Notes under the pieces: model-generated
The model's input: only the letters and a program-made list of their open reading frames with translations
Databases searched by the model: none
Told to the model about the DNA's origin: nothing
Source: Candidatus Nitrospira inopinata
Lineage (GTDB): Bacteria; Nitrospirota; Nitrospiria; Nitrospirales; Nitrospiraceae
NCBI RefSeq assembly: GCF_001458695.1
Contig: NZ_LN885086.1
Span: forward strand, 3,090,001-3,122,000
DNA: 32,000 nucleotides
Reading direction: 5' to 3'
Made by a program: the position numbers and the translations under genes
Shown: in pieces, positions 6,850-15,770 of the stretch
How the letters are laid out: the number at the start of each line of letters is the position of its first letter
How positions within the stretch are numbered: position 1 is the stretch's first letter

Positions 6850-8397
6850 TTACGATCCCCCGCTCGTCAACAGATCGAGCGTTCCCTCGGCCACCACTCG
6901 GACCTGGAGAGCGGCCTCGTCGGCAAACACGCCGATTCCCTGAAATGACGACAGCTTTCCCCGCATTACAAGATCCGGGCTCAATCGTTGATTCAGAACC
7001 GGAACGATGAGGTTTTGCATTTTTTTGGTGGCCTGCGTCACGCCGACGACGGCTTCCGTCGCAAGAAACCCGCGGAGCGAGGAATGAAACAACCACTTGG
7101 CGGATTTGCCTAGTTGTTGGGCGGTGGCCGCATCGTAACGAAGATTTTCAAAATAGAGGGTCTGGGTCAGCGGATTAAGGCGGGGCTTTCCCACCAAGTA
7201 CGCATGCCCCTCGGCATCCCCCCTGAAATCGATTCGCATCACCACCTGATTGCCGCCGTTGCTACGGACGGAGACCTCGGTGATGATAATGGAGCGGTCT
7301 TCATTGGACACACGCTCGCCTCTCAGCCGGTCGGTCAGCGCGTCGGAGAGTTTCTGATAGTCCATGCCCACGTCCGTAACCACGCGAAATCCGCGAGCCG
7401 TCGGTCGAGGGTCAAGCGGCGGAAGGGAGGCGGACGGGAGCGTCGGTTCGTCACCAAAGACGATCACGGGCTTCCCGATCATCTGAATCGTATCATGAAG
7501 ATGACGCCCCTCGCTGGCGAGTCCGCCGTGGGCGACGCGCTCCACATTGAACAGGAGCCACGCATCCGGGTTCAGTCGAACCGGTTTTCGCAGAAGCTTC
7601 CAGACCTGCTCGATCCGATCATTGAACGTCACCGTGTTCAGACGCTCGACCGCCTGTTGGAGCCCTCCCCGCACGCTGTCCGCGAGCGCTTTTTGGACCT
7701 CTTCCGCGACAACGTGTTCTTCGGCCCGGTCGCTCGCGCACGGATCGACTCCATGAACCGACACGTCGGCCACGGACGCGACCAAACGGAAATCCGGCGT
7801 CATATCGATCGCCACGCTTCCCGTCAACATCCCCTGTTTGGAACCTCCATCGCCGCCCCCGCACTGCGTGGGAACGCCGACCGAAGCCGTTTTCGGATGC
7901 ATTTCAATTTTGTACCGAAGAGGCGCGCTGACAAAGACGTTCGCCGACAGCTCCACGCCTTTCCACCAATCCCTGAGGGCGGCGCCGGCGTCCCGTCTCG
8001 CGTACAAGCCGGCGGCGGGAGCATTGATCGCAAAATCTTCGCGCTCGGCGTGGTACCTGTACATCGCGCCTTGAGCGCTTTTGCCGTCGGTTCCCCCCCG
8101 ATCAAACCGTTTGGGAATCACCTGTTCGTCATTGAGCACGTCGTTCAGCATTGATAGATCGGCGCGAATAGAAAAACTGATCGCGGAATCCGTTTCCGTC
8201 GCAGAAAGAGCCGGACGCTGCGCCGGGGGAAACGGTTCCGGAGCGGGAGGCTGAATGCGAGACGGCCCCAGCGAACAACCGGCAAAGAACAGCGCCACGG
8301 CCCACACGACACAAGAACGCCGCATCGCGATGATCGCGCATCGATGACAGCTCCACGGACGCCCGGCGATCCCTCTGCTCCTTCCGGCCGGCCTCAT
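6850..8397 (-). CDS. Hypothetical lipoprotein (about 490-515 aa), family not recognised (possibly DUF4403-like)
   Basis: The lipobox ALFFAGC in MRRSCVVWAVALFFAGCSLG implies an alternative start at 8325. The ATG at 8397 has a GGGAGGGAG SD. There are no catalytic motifs I recognise. Confidence 0.6.
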   Translation of the reverse strand: MRPAGRSRGIAGRPWSCHRCAIIAMRRSCVVWAVALFFAGCSLGPSRIQPPAPEPFPPAQRPALSATETDSAISFSIRADLSMLNDVLNDEQVIPKRFDRGGTDGKSAQGAMYRYHAEREDFAINAPAAGLYARRDAGAALRDWWKGVELSANVFVSAPLRYKIEMHPKTASVGVPTQCGGGDGGSKQGMLTGSVAIDMTPDFRLVASVADVSVHGVDPCASDRAEEHVVAEEVQKALADSVRGGLQQAVERLNTVTFNDRIEQVWKLLRKPVRLNPDAWLLFNVERVAHGGLASEGRHLHDTIQMIGKPVIVFGDEPTLPSASLPPLDPRPTARGFRVVTDVGMDYQKLSDALTDRLRGERVSNEDRSIIITEVSVRSNGGNQVVMRIDFRGDAEGHAYLVGKPRLNPLTQTLYFENLRYDAATAQQLGKSAKWLFHSSLRGFLATEAVVGVTQATKKMQNLIVPVLNQRLSPDLVMRGKLSSFQGIGVFADEAALQVRVVAEGTLDLLTSGGS

Positions 8398-8555
8398 GCT
8401 CCCTCCCGTCGCTTTTTTCTATCGATAGGGGGGCTAGCATACCAAAACCACGTAGAGCTTCGCAGCGAATATTTATGAGCGCATCTCGCTCCGGCCGGCG
8501 ATCGAACGGAGGGACACGCATCGATCCCGCGTTTCCGCAAAAATCCGGTGTTTTC

Positions 8556-8584
8556 TTGTCAGGGCGCAACCTCCCGGTTAGACT
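8556..8584 (+). promoter_or_regulatory. Candidate sigma-70 promoter for the 8597 gene
   Basis: TTGTCA (8556-8561), a 17-bp spacer, then TAGACT (8579-8584). The ATG at 8597 would leave only a very short leader. Confidence 0.3.
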
Positions 8585-8596
8585 TTTTTCACTCTC

Positions 8597-9832
8597 ATGA
8601 CACGCTCACGAAAAGCGGACGGCTCTCGGCTTCAGCCGCGAACCGGTACCACCGAAGCCATCGCCGATGTGACCGCCCGGCTTCAAGAGGTCCTCGCCTC
8701 CGTTCATGACCTGATCCGGGAAGGATTTCCCTATCGAGACGCCGCGAGGACCAAAGCCGAACTGCAACTTCGCGAGTGCATGAAACAGATTTTCGGCGAA
8801 CAGTCCCCCGAGTTTCAAACGTATCGTCACTACCGACTGCGGGTATCAAACCAGGCGGAAATCGCGCAGAGCATCGCGACCATTCAAAAGCTTCTCCGGA
8901 TCGTCCAAGACAAGGGATCGGGGCTTCAAACCCCTGTGCCGCCGCTTTCCTCCTCGACGCCGGCAACGGGCGTTCCCCTCGACACGGCGGAAATCCCCCC
9001 GCCCCCTCCTTCGCCAAAATCCGCGTCAAACCAGCCGGGCCGCCCGTCCGCGCCGCCGGAACTCACGGCAACGACAACGAATCCGCGGCTGCACGTCGCG
9101 CCGGTCGCTTCGCCATCTTCGCCGCCCGTCTCGACGAATGTTCCCACCGCGTCGCCGACGGCTCCGGAGAGTTCCGCCCCATCGCTACGGCCCGCGCACT
9201 CGCAACCGCTTTCTCCGGCCATGCCATCGAGTCCATCGCCTTCCTCAACGGGTGGAGACTCCACCCGACAACGGACATTCCCTCCCTCGACATCCTCGCT
9301 GGACACGTCTCCACCGAATACGGACGTCATCAGCCCGTCCTCCGGCTCCTCTTCGCTCAAGGCGGATTCCGAATGCGACTCGCTCCGGCTCGTCAGAAAA
9401 ATTTGCCTGCGGCTCCACGCGGTCGCTTGCCAACTGCGCCTCCGCAATGACTCTCGCCCGACGATCGAGATCCAGGACGACCTCGACGTGCAAGACCTGT
9501 TACGAGCCCTTCTGAAAATGGAATTCGACGACGTGGGGGTCGAAGAATGGACTCCATCTTACGCGGGAAACACGGCGCTCCCCGCGCTCTTGCTGAACGG
9601 CGAACACGTCACCGTCGTGGCGAAGAAAACTCGCCCCGGTTTGACGACGAAAGAACTTGCCGAACGGATTGCGGCGGACGCCGCCTTCCATGCCGCTCAC
9701 CGTCAACCCGGCACCTTGTTTTGCTTTGTCTATGACCCAGAGGGCCGCGTCGGCAGTCCCAAACAATTGGAAACCGAATTGGCCAACGCCGGGAACGGGT
9801 ACACCGTCGAAGTCCTTGTGGCGCCACGGTAA
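8597..9832 (+). CDS. Hypothetical protein: helical N-domain, ~160-aa Pro/Ser/Thr-rich linker, globular C-terminal domain
   Basis: 411-aa ORF. Residues ~115-275 are low-complexity P/S/T/A. The C-terminal ~130 aa (DLDVQDLLRALLKMEFDDVGVEEWTP...VTVVAKKTRP...LFCFVYDP) faintly resemble a restriction-endonuclease-like fold. Confidence 0.6.
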   Translation: MTRSRKADGSRLQPRTGTTEAIADVTARLQEVLASVHDLIREGFPYRDAARTKAELQLRECMKQIFGEQSPEFQTYRHYRLRVSNQAEIAQSIATIQKLLRIVQDKGSGLQTPVPPLSSSTPATGVPLDTAEIPPPPPSPKSASNQPGRPSAPPELTATTTNPRLHVAPVASPSSPPVSTNVPTASPTAPESSAPSLRPAHSQPLSPAMPSSPSPSSTGGDSTRQRTFPPSTSSLDTSPPNTDVISPSSGSSSLKADSECDSLRLVRKICLRLHAVACQLRLRNDSRPTIEIQDDLDVQDLLRALLKMEFDDVGVEEWTPSYAGNTALPALLLNGEHVTVVAKKTRPGLTTKELAERIAADAAFHAAHRQPGTLFCFVYDPEGRVGSPKQLETELANAGNGYTVEVLVAPR

Positions 9833-9902
9833 GATCATGCGCAAACCAAAATCCCAAAAGCCGGCTTCCGCTTCTCTTCCCGCTTCGCGGCCCAAACGGC
9901 TG

Positions 9903-9932
9903 TTGACAGCGGTCCAACCCCTTCGCTATAGT
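9903..9932 (+). promoter_or_regulatory. Near-consensus sigma-70 promoter
   Basis: TTGACA (9903-9908), an 18-bp spacer, then TATAGT (9927-9932), upstream of the Lrp-like ORF. Confidence 0.5.
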
Positions 9933-9998
9933 CCGCCCGACATGGAGTCGGCGACGATCCCCTACACGATCCACGCGCCCGAGACCGGAGCTCCTCTC

Positions 9999-10244
9999 AT
10001 GTCGGATCGCGCCTATATCCTGATCAACGTGATTCCCGGACAAACCTCGTCCGTGGTGCGAGCCCTCTCGCAAATCAAAGAAGTCAAGACCATCGACCCC
10101 TGTTGGGGAAAACCCGATATCATTGCGGTCGTGGAGGTCCAAGATCAGGAAGCCTTGACGCAATTGGTCCTCAAGCGACTTCATGGCATTGACGGCATCA
10201 CGCAGACCGATACCCATCTGGTTTACAAACTGGCGGAATCTTAA
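9999..10244 (+). CDS. Stand-alone Lrp/AsnC-type ligand-binding (RAM) domain protein, no HTH
   Basis: 81 aa: AYILINVIPGQTSSVVRALSQIKEVKTIDPCWGKPDIIAVVEVQDQEALTQLVLKRLHGIDGITQTDTHLV matches the AsnC_trans_reg beta-alpha-beta-beta-alpha-beta pattern. GGAG lies 8 nt before ATG 9999. The longer ORF from 9657 is an Arg/Pro-rich read-through. Confidence 0.7.
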   Translation: MSDRAYILINVIPGQTSSVVRALSQIKEVKTIDPCWGKPDIIAVVEVQDQEALTQLVLKRLHGIDGITQTDTHLVYKLAES

Positions 10245-10270
10245 CCGAGATGATCCCAGGGAGGTGCAAG

Positions 10271-10747
10271 ATGATGCGACGGACGCGATGGACCTTGGCA
10301 GCCCTATTATTGTTGACCGGAACGGGTGGAACCGCATTTGCTCTGGAGCCGGATGTCGTCGACGTAAAGCTTTCCGCTCCGGCTGACAAAGTGAAAAGCG
10401 CCGTCACCGAGGTCCTGACCGAAAGCGGCTACGACGTGAGGTGGAAGAACGACACGACCTTGGAGACGGACTACCGAGAAGAATCAGGAGGGCTGGACAG
10501 TCTCTATTACTGCTGTTGGGGGGTCGTCAAGAGCAGGGTCCAAGCAACCGTGACCCCCGGAGTAGACCAAACCACGCAACTCCGCCTCCAGGTCTTCGCC
10601 CAAGGCAAACGCACGATCTTCGAGAGCTTTGCTCCCATCGAGACCCCGGTTCCGGAAAGCGCGGACAACCAACTCCGGCTGATCAAAAACAAGCTGAAGA
10701 TCGTCAGCCATCCCTATACGACCGTGTCGTTCTTTGGGATGAAGTAA
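10271..10747 (+). CDS. Hypothetical secreted protein
   Basis: SD GGGAGG lies before ATG 10271. The signal peptide is MMRRTRWTLAALLLLTGTGGTAFA. The family is not recognised. It is probably co-transcribed with the Lrp-like gene (26-nt gap). Confidence 0.6.
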   Translation: MMRRTRWTLAALLLLTGTGGTAFALEPDVVDVKLSAPADKVKSAVTEVLTESGYDVRWKNDTTLETDYREESGGLDSLYYCCWGVVKSRVQATVTPGVDQTTQLRLQVFAQGKRTIFESFAPIETPVPESADNQLRLIKNKLKIVSHPYTTVSFFGMK

Positions 10748-10764
10748 CAGGTTCGGGGCTGGTC

Positions 10765-10799
10765 ATGCGCAGCCGTGGCAGTTCGCCACGGCTGCGCAT
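10765..10799. terminator. Hairpin between convergent genes (putative bidirectional terminator)
   Basis: ATGCGCAGCCGTGGC-AGTTC-GCCACGGCTGCGCAT, a perfect 15-bp stem located between the stops at 10747 (+) and 10828 (-). Confidence 0.6.
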
Positions 10800-10827
10800 C
10801 TTCCTCTACAGCCGCCTCTTCATTCGG

Positions 10828-12237
10828 TTAAACTTCTTCCTTCTCGATTTCTTCCTGGTCTCCTCCCAAATCCAGGCCGAAACGCTCCGCCATCCGATAC
10901 AGCGTCCGTCTGTCGATCCCCAAGATTTTCGCGGCCTTCACCTTGTTCCCTCTCGTCTCTTTCAATACCCGAATCAGATGCCGCTTTTCGACTTCCTCCA
11001 GCGTCAGATAGGCTTCATCGGTCTGATCGCATCGCGGTTGCTTGGAATCCGGCTCGGCTTCGGCTCCCAAACGAATCGCCGCCGGCAAATCTTCCGGCGT
11101 CAAGAGCGGCCCATGACTCAACGAGACGGCGCGCTCGATGACGTTTTCCAACTCCCGCACGTTGCCGGGCCACCGATAGCGCGTCAAAATCGCCATGGTC
11201 TCGGGCAAGAGGCCGTGCACCGTCTGATTTACTCCGCCTGAGAACTTTTGCAAAAAATGATGGACCAGCATCGGAATGTCTTCCCGGCGTTCCGCCAATG
11301 ACGGCAACACGATCGGAACCACTTTGAGGCGATAATAGAGATCGTCCCGAAATCGGCCTTCCTTGACCAACTGCTCAAGGTTCTGATTCGTGGCGGCGAT
11401 AATGCGGACGTCCACCTTGGTCGACGTCGTCGAGCCGACGCGCCGGACTTCGTGGTCCTGCATCACGCGAAGCAGCTTCACTTGCAGATCTTTCCCGAGA
11501 TCGCCGATCTCGTCGAGAAACAACGTTCCGCCGTTGGCGGACTCAAAAAGTCCGACCTTGTTGCCTATCGCTCCGGTGAACGCTCCTTTTTCGTACCCGA
11601 ACATTTCAGACTCGAGCAACGTGTCCGGCAGCGCGCCGCAGTTGACCGGAATAAACGGCTTGTCCCGACGAGGCCCGTGCGCGTGGATGGCTCGGGCGAT
11701 CAACTCCTTGCCGGTTCCGCTTTCACCCTGCAACAGCACGGTGCTCTTGCTCGCGGCGACGCGCGCGACCAGCTTGTACACCTCCATCATCGCCGGGCTG
11801 CTGCCGACCAAGGGAGACCACTCCCTACTTTTCAACTCCTGGCGAAATCTGGCGTTTTCTTGCAGCAGTCGGCGATGTTCCAATCCCCGCTTGACGACCA
11901 ATTTGATGTCTTCTTTCTTGAACGGTTTCGCCAGGTAGTCGTAAGCTCCCTGCTTGATCGCTTCAATCGCTCCTTCCAACGATCCAAACGCCGTCAACAC
12001 CACCACCACCGTATCCGGGCTCATTCGTTTAAACTCGCGAAGCACCGCGAGGCCGTCCACGGCGCCCATTCGAAGGTCGGTCAATACCAAATCCACGTTG
12101 CCCCTCCGCCCTCGAGCGATCGTCTCCTCTCCACTGGCATAGGCATCCACGGTATAGCCCTCCTTCCTCAGCGCCTCCGCCAGCAATTCACGCGCGACCG
12201 CGTCGTCATCCGCTACCAAAATAGTGGCCTGCTGCAT
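10828..12237 (-). CDS. Sigma-54-dependent response regulator (NtrC family: REC + AAA+ + Fis-type HTH)
   Basis: REC domain ILVADDD...DLVLTDLRMG. Walker A GESGTGKE. GAFTGA motif in EKGAFTGAIGNKVGLFE. ESEMFGY is present. The C-terminal HTH is NKVKAAKILGIDRRTLYRM. Confidence 0.92.
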   Translation of the reverse strand: MQQATILVADDDAVARELLAEALRKEGYTVDAYASGEETIARGRRGNVDLVLTDLRMGAVDGLAVLREFKRMSPDTVVVVLTAFGSLEGAIEAIKQGAYDYLAKPFKKEDIKLVVKRGLEHRRLLQENARFRQELKSREWSPLVGSSPAMMEVYKLVARVAASKSTVLLQGESGTGKELIARAIHAHGPRRDKPFIPVNCGALPDTLLESEMFGYEKGAFTGAIGNKVGLFESANGGTLFLDEIGDLGKDLQVKLLRVMQDHEVRRVGSTTSTKVDVRIIAATNQNLEQLVKEGRFRDDLYYRLKVVPIVLPSLAERREDIPMLVHHFLQKFSGGVNQTVHGLLPETMAILTRYRWPGNVRELENVIERAVSLSHGPLLTPEDLPAAIRLGAEAEPDSKQPRCDQTDEAYLTLEEVEKRHLIRVLKETRGNKVKAAKILGIDRRTLYRMAERFGLDLGGDQEEIEKEEV

Positions 12238-12249
12238 CGGTTTCCTTTC

Positions 12250-13413
12250 TTACGTCGATACCGCGGTCTCTCGACCGGCTTGCAATCCCGGCAACGTTAT
12301 CGTGACTGTGGTGCCGCGCCCCACCTCCGTCACCAGGGACAGATCTCCCCCGTGCGCCATCACGGTTTCCCGGCTTAAAAACAATCCCAACCCCGTTCCC
12401 TTGCCATCCGCCTTAGTCGTAAAAAACGGCTCGAACGCCCGTTGCGCGTCGGGAGCCGGCATCCCGCACCCCGTGTCATGCACCTTGATCATGACGACGA
12501 CCGGCGAGATGGCGTGAGTCGCGCGCCGCCATCGATCGGACTCGTCCTGCGTGGCCTCCCGGATTTCCGCCGACACCTTTACCGTTCCTCCGGGTGGCGT
12601 GGCGGCCAGCGCATTGTCCAGGACGTTGACCATTACCTGATGCATTTTTTCGTCATCGGCCCACAGCAGAGGCAGCGACTCCGGAATCTCGATCGCCAGC
12701 GAGACGCCCTTGGCGTGAAAGGCCGGTTCCATCAACACGGCGGCGGGCGTAATCACCTGCGCCACGGGCACCCACGTGGGTTCCGGCCGTCGAGGACGGG
12801 TGGAGGAGAGCAAATCCTGGATGATCCGCACGACTCGGGTCAACTGCTCGTCAATAACGGCCACCCGCTTTCTCATGTCCGGCGTCAAGGACGGGTCCTC
12901 CGCCAAGGCCTGCACGTGCCACGCGATCGAATGGAGCGGCGTCCCCACTTCATGGGCGACGGACGCCACCAATTGCCCCACCGCCGCCAATCGCTCGGAC
13001 CGGTTCAACCGATCCTTGGCCTCGATGAGCTGTTGATTGGCCTTGAGGAGATTCTCCGTTTCCCGCGCCAACGCGGCCCGCGCCTCCGCCTCGCGGGCCT
13101 TGCGCTCTTCCCAACTCATGCCGAGGTAGCCCACCAGCAGCAACACGCCGGCCACGACGCTTCGGTTGACGACCGCCGCTTGAAACCGTCCCGGCTTGGT
13201 CGGCCGCACCAACCCGGAATAGGTCGCAAGCACGCAGATCACGATGGCCGCCAGCATCAATCCCCGTTTCCGAAGCGTGGCGATCAGCAGGATGGGCAGC
13301 ACGTATCCGTACGCCCCCACGACGTGGGCGGGAGTAAATTCCTCGATGATGAAAATGACCAAGAAACAGGCCGCGGCCGCGGCCACGACCAAACGGTCAC
13401 GCTGCGTCGTCAT
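12250..13413 (-). CDS. Membrane sensor histidine kinase (HisKA + HATPase_c)
   Basis: About four N-terminal TM helices, then a coiled coil, then the H-box SVAHEVGTPLHSI. N, G1 and G2 boxes are present (NVLDNALAAT, DTGCGM, GTGLGL). The stop is 12 nt from the regulator's start. Confidence 0.9.
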   Translation of the reverse strand: MTTQRDRLVVAAAAACFLVIFIIEEFTPAHVVGAYGYVLPILLIATLRKRGLMLAAIVICVLATYSGLVRPTKPGRFQAAVVNRSVVAGVLLLVGYLGMSWEERKAREAEARAALARETENLLKANQQLIEAKDRLNRSERLAAVGQLVASVAHEVGTPLHSIAWHVQALAEDPSLTPDMRKRVAVIDEQLTRVVRIIQDLLSSTRPRRPEPTWVPVAQVITPAAVLMEPAFHAKGVSLAIEIPESLPLLWADDEKMHQVMVNVLDNALAATPPGGTVKVSAEIREATQDESDRWRRATHAISPVVVMIKVHDTGCGMPAPDAQRAFEPFFTTKADGKGTGLGLFLSRETVMAHGGDLSLVTEVGRGTTVTITLPGLQAGRETAVST

Positions 13414-13476
13414 GATGAGCCGTCAACGCCGTGGGATTCGACCAGCGATTTTTTCACGTGTTTCCTGTGTTTTTGC

Positions 13477-15723
13477 TCATTTTTGCTCAGAACCGCGCCA
13501 CGTTCGTAACTCCGACGCCAACCGCTCCAACCGGCGGTCATGCGTCAGGTCTTCGATGGTCAACGGCAATTTTCTTCGCCAGTTGGGATGACAATCAACC
13601 GTGCCGGGCAGATTGACCTGATCCCGCACGCCGATAGCATCTTCCATCGTCACCAACATCAGCCAAGCTGGCGTCCTCGCCAGATAGCGATGAACCGCTT
13701 CGACGATGTCCCACGTCATCCGCGGAATCAAGGCCGGATCATCGGGCGTCTCCGGCGGCAGGAGCCCCTCGGCCTTCAACGCGGCCAGAATGCGGGCCTT
13801 GTCTTGGCGTCGTTCGTCCAGCCACCTCCGTTCGGTTTCGCCGACGGCGCCGCCCAGTTGAACCCGCAGGGCGATATCGGCTTCTTCCCAGTAGCCGGTC
13901 AGCGTGGGCAGGTCGTGCGTCGTCACCACGGCCAGCGATTGAGCCGGATAGGCGCCCGGCGACTTCCAGTCTCCGGTCGCCGTCCGCTCGAAAAAAAAGA
14001 CCCGGTACGACAACACGCCCGCCTCATACAGCCGTTCCCGAATCCAATCGGGAACCGTCCCCAAATCCTCTCCGATGATCAGCGCCTTCCTCCTCGTGCT
14101 TTCCAGCGCCAGGATGGCCAGCAGATCTTCCCATGGGTACTGCACATAGGTGCCCATCGCCGCCGGCATGCCGCGCGGAATCCAGAACAGACGGAAGAGC
14201 GCCATGACGTGATCGATTCGAATCGCGCCGCCATGACGCAAATTATGGCGCAGCACGTCGATGAAAAACTTATAGCCGGTTTCACGCAAGCGAAGCGGAT
14301 CGACCGGCGAGAACCCCCAATTTTGCCCGTCCGGCGCGAACGCATCGGGCGGCGCCCCGCAATCGGCTTCAAGAACCAGCACATCCTGAAAACGCCAGCC
14401 GTCGGCCCCGTTTCGATCACTGCCCAGGGCCAGGTCATGGTAAAACCCCACCGGCATGCCGACATCGACGGACTTGTTGACGAGCGCGTTCATTTGTTCC
14501 ACCGCCAGCCATTGCATGTACAGAAAAAATCGGATCGTCCTCTTCTCCTGACGCTCGTATTCCCGCACCGCCTCGGAGGACGGGTGTCTGAATTCTTCCG
14601 GCCAATCCGTCCACCGCGCGACCCCGTAGGCTTGTAGCTCCTCATCCAGGGCTCGAAACACGGCATACCGCGCCAGTGAGTCGCCTTCCTGCCTCACGTA
14701 GGATTCGAACGTCGTACCCCGTTCGGTCGTCGGCTCAAGGTCCGGCTCATGGCCCGCAAAGTTGTCCCGCAGAAAGACTTCATAACAGGCTTCCAAGATC
14801 GTCCGCTTGGCCCGCGCCACTCCGTCGTAGTCGATCAACTCGCTTCGTCTCAATTCGTCCAGCCGGGCGCGGAAGGACGGATCGGCCAGCCGTTGTTGGA
14901 CCTCCAAAGCGGCACACTCGGAGACCTGTTCCACATCGATGTACAGTTCGTTGAGAAACAACCGGCTGTTCGGCGAATAGGGGCTGATGTGATAGGGCAT
15001 CGAATTTTTCAGCGCATGGAGAGGATTCAGACCGATCGCCGCCGCGCCCAGTTTCTCTCCGGCCCATTCCACCACGTCGGCCAGATCTCGAAAGTCCCCC
15101 ACTCCCCAGTTGCGGTCACTCCTCAGCGAATAGAGTTGGAGCGACAGTCCCCACAGACGCCCGCCGTTGAGGAACCGGTCCGGCAGGTAGCACCGTCCCG
15201 GCGCCACGATCAGCAGGAACGTGGCCTCTCGTTCGACCACCCCTCCCTGCGCGCGCACCACCCCATCGTAGTAGCCAGGGGGCAGACCCGGCGGGAAGGC
15301 GAAGGCCGAGCGGATATACCGCCGCCCATTGATGAAGCGTTCCTCGTGGACCGTCAGACCAGGCCCTTCGATTCGCTCATGGCACACCGTTCCCTGCTCG
15401 TCGCGGAGCGACCACTGCACCGCCACAGACGACTCAGCGGCCGGCTCGCAAGGGATCGAGACGGACCACGAGCCGGGAGCGCCCTCCGCCCGCACGACAT
15501 AGACCGGCTCACAGATTCTGAGCCACGAACGGTGGTCCCACCGTGTGAGTTCCGCGATCAGGTCATCGCGCGTATCGGCACGTAACCCCATTGCACGCAA
15601 AATCGCGCGGCGGGTGTCGTCGCTCGTCACATGGAGCGTCCCGGCGATGTCATAGTAATCGGCGGCGATACCCGCCCGATCGGCAAGCAGGCGAAGGAGT
15701 TCCGTCTCAGACCGGTCGTACAT
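13477..15723 (-). CDS. malQ: 4-alpha-glucanotransferase (amylomaltase, GH77), long form
   Basis: GH77 hallmarks are present: GLNPLH, FYHDLALG, IRIDHVMALFRLFWIP, IGEDLGTVPDW, TTHDLPTLTGYW. Confidence 0.9.
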   Translation of the reverse strand: MYDRSETELLRLLADRAGIAADYYDIAGTLHVTSDDTRRAILRAMGLRADTRDDLIAELTRWDHRSWLRICEPVYVVRAEGAPGSWSVSIPCEPAAESSVAVQWSLRDEQGTVCHERIEGPGLTVHEERFINGRRYIRSAFAFPPGLPPGYYDGVVRAQGGVVEREATFLLIVAPGRCYLPDRFLNGGRLWGLSLQLYSLRSDRNWGVGDFRDLADVVEWAGEKLGAAAIGLNPLHALKNSMPYHISPYSPNSRLFLNELYIDVEQVSECAALEVQQRLADPSFRARLDELRRSELIDYDGVARAKRTILEACYEVFLRDNFAGHEPDLEPTTERGTTFESYVRQEGDSLARYAVFRALDEELQAYGVARWTDWPEEFRHPSSEAVREYERQEKRTIRFFLYMQWLAVEQMNALVNKSVDVGMPVGFYHDLALGSDRNGADGWRFQDVLVLEADCGAPPDAFAPDGQNWGFSPVDPLRLRETGYKFFIDVLRHNLRHGGAIRIDHVMALFRLFWIPRGMPAAMGTYVQYPWEDLLAILALESTRRKALIIGEDLGTVPDWIRERLYEAGVLSYRVFFFERTATGDWKSPGAYPAQSLAVVTTHDLPTLTGYWEEADIALRVQLGGAVGETERRWLDERRQDKARILAALKAEGLLPPETPDDPALIPRMTWDIVEAVHRYLARTPAWLMLVTMEDAIGVRDQVNLPGTVDCHPNWRRKLPLTIEDLTHDRRLERLASELRTWRGSEQK

Positions 15724-15770
15724 GGCGGCGAGTGTGAGTCACGGGACCGGACAAGTCAAGCAAGGGGATT

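Noticed and set aside
6525-6850. Genomic-island or prophage integration at tRNA-Arg
   Set aside because: There is no integrase, no direct repeat of the tRNA 3' end, and no obvious compositional break. Only short local repeats are present, and these are reported separately as a curiosity.
9657-9998. Longer version of the Lrp-like ORF starting at 9657 or 9942
   Set aside because: The upstream part overlaps the end of the 8597-9832 gene and is Pro/Ser/Arg-rich. A near-consensus promoter (9903-9932) lies inside it, and GGAG precedes ATG 9999. The ATG at 9942 would be leaderless and adds no domain.
13470-13489. 10-bp direct repeat TTTTTGCTCA x2 spanning the malQ stop codon
   Set aside because: It is short and overlaps the coding end (GSEQK-stop). 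It is most simply a small slippage duplication with no evident function.
13477-15723. malQ as a functional component of the secretion system
   Set aside because: It is a complete, typical GH77 amylomaltase with no secretion-related features. Adjacency is probably just operon packing, so only the possible co-transcription is noted.
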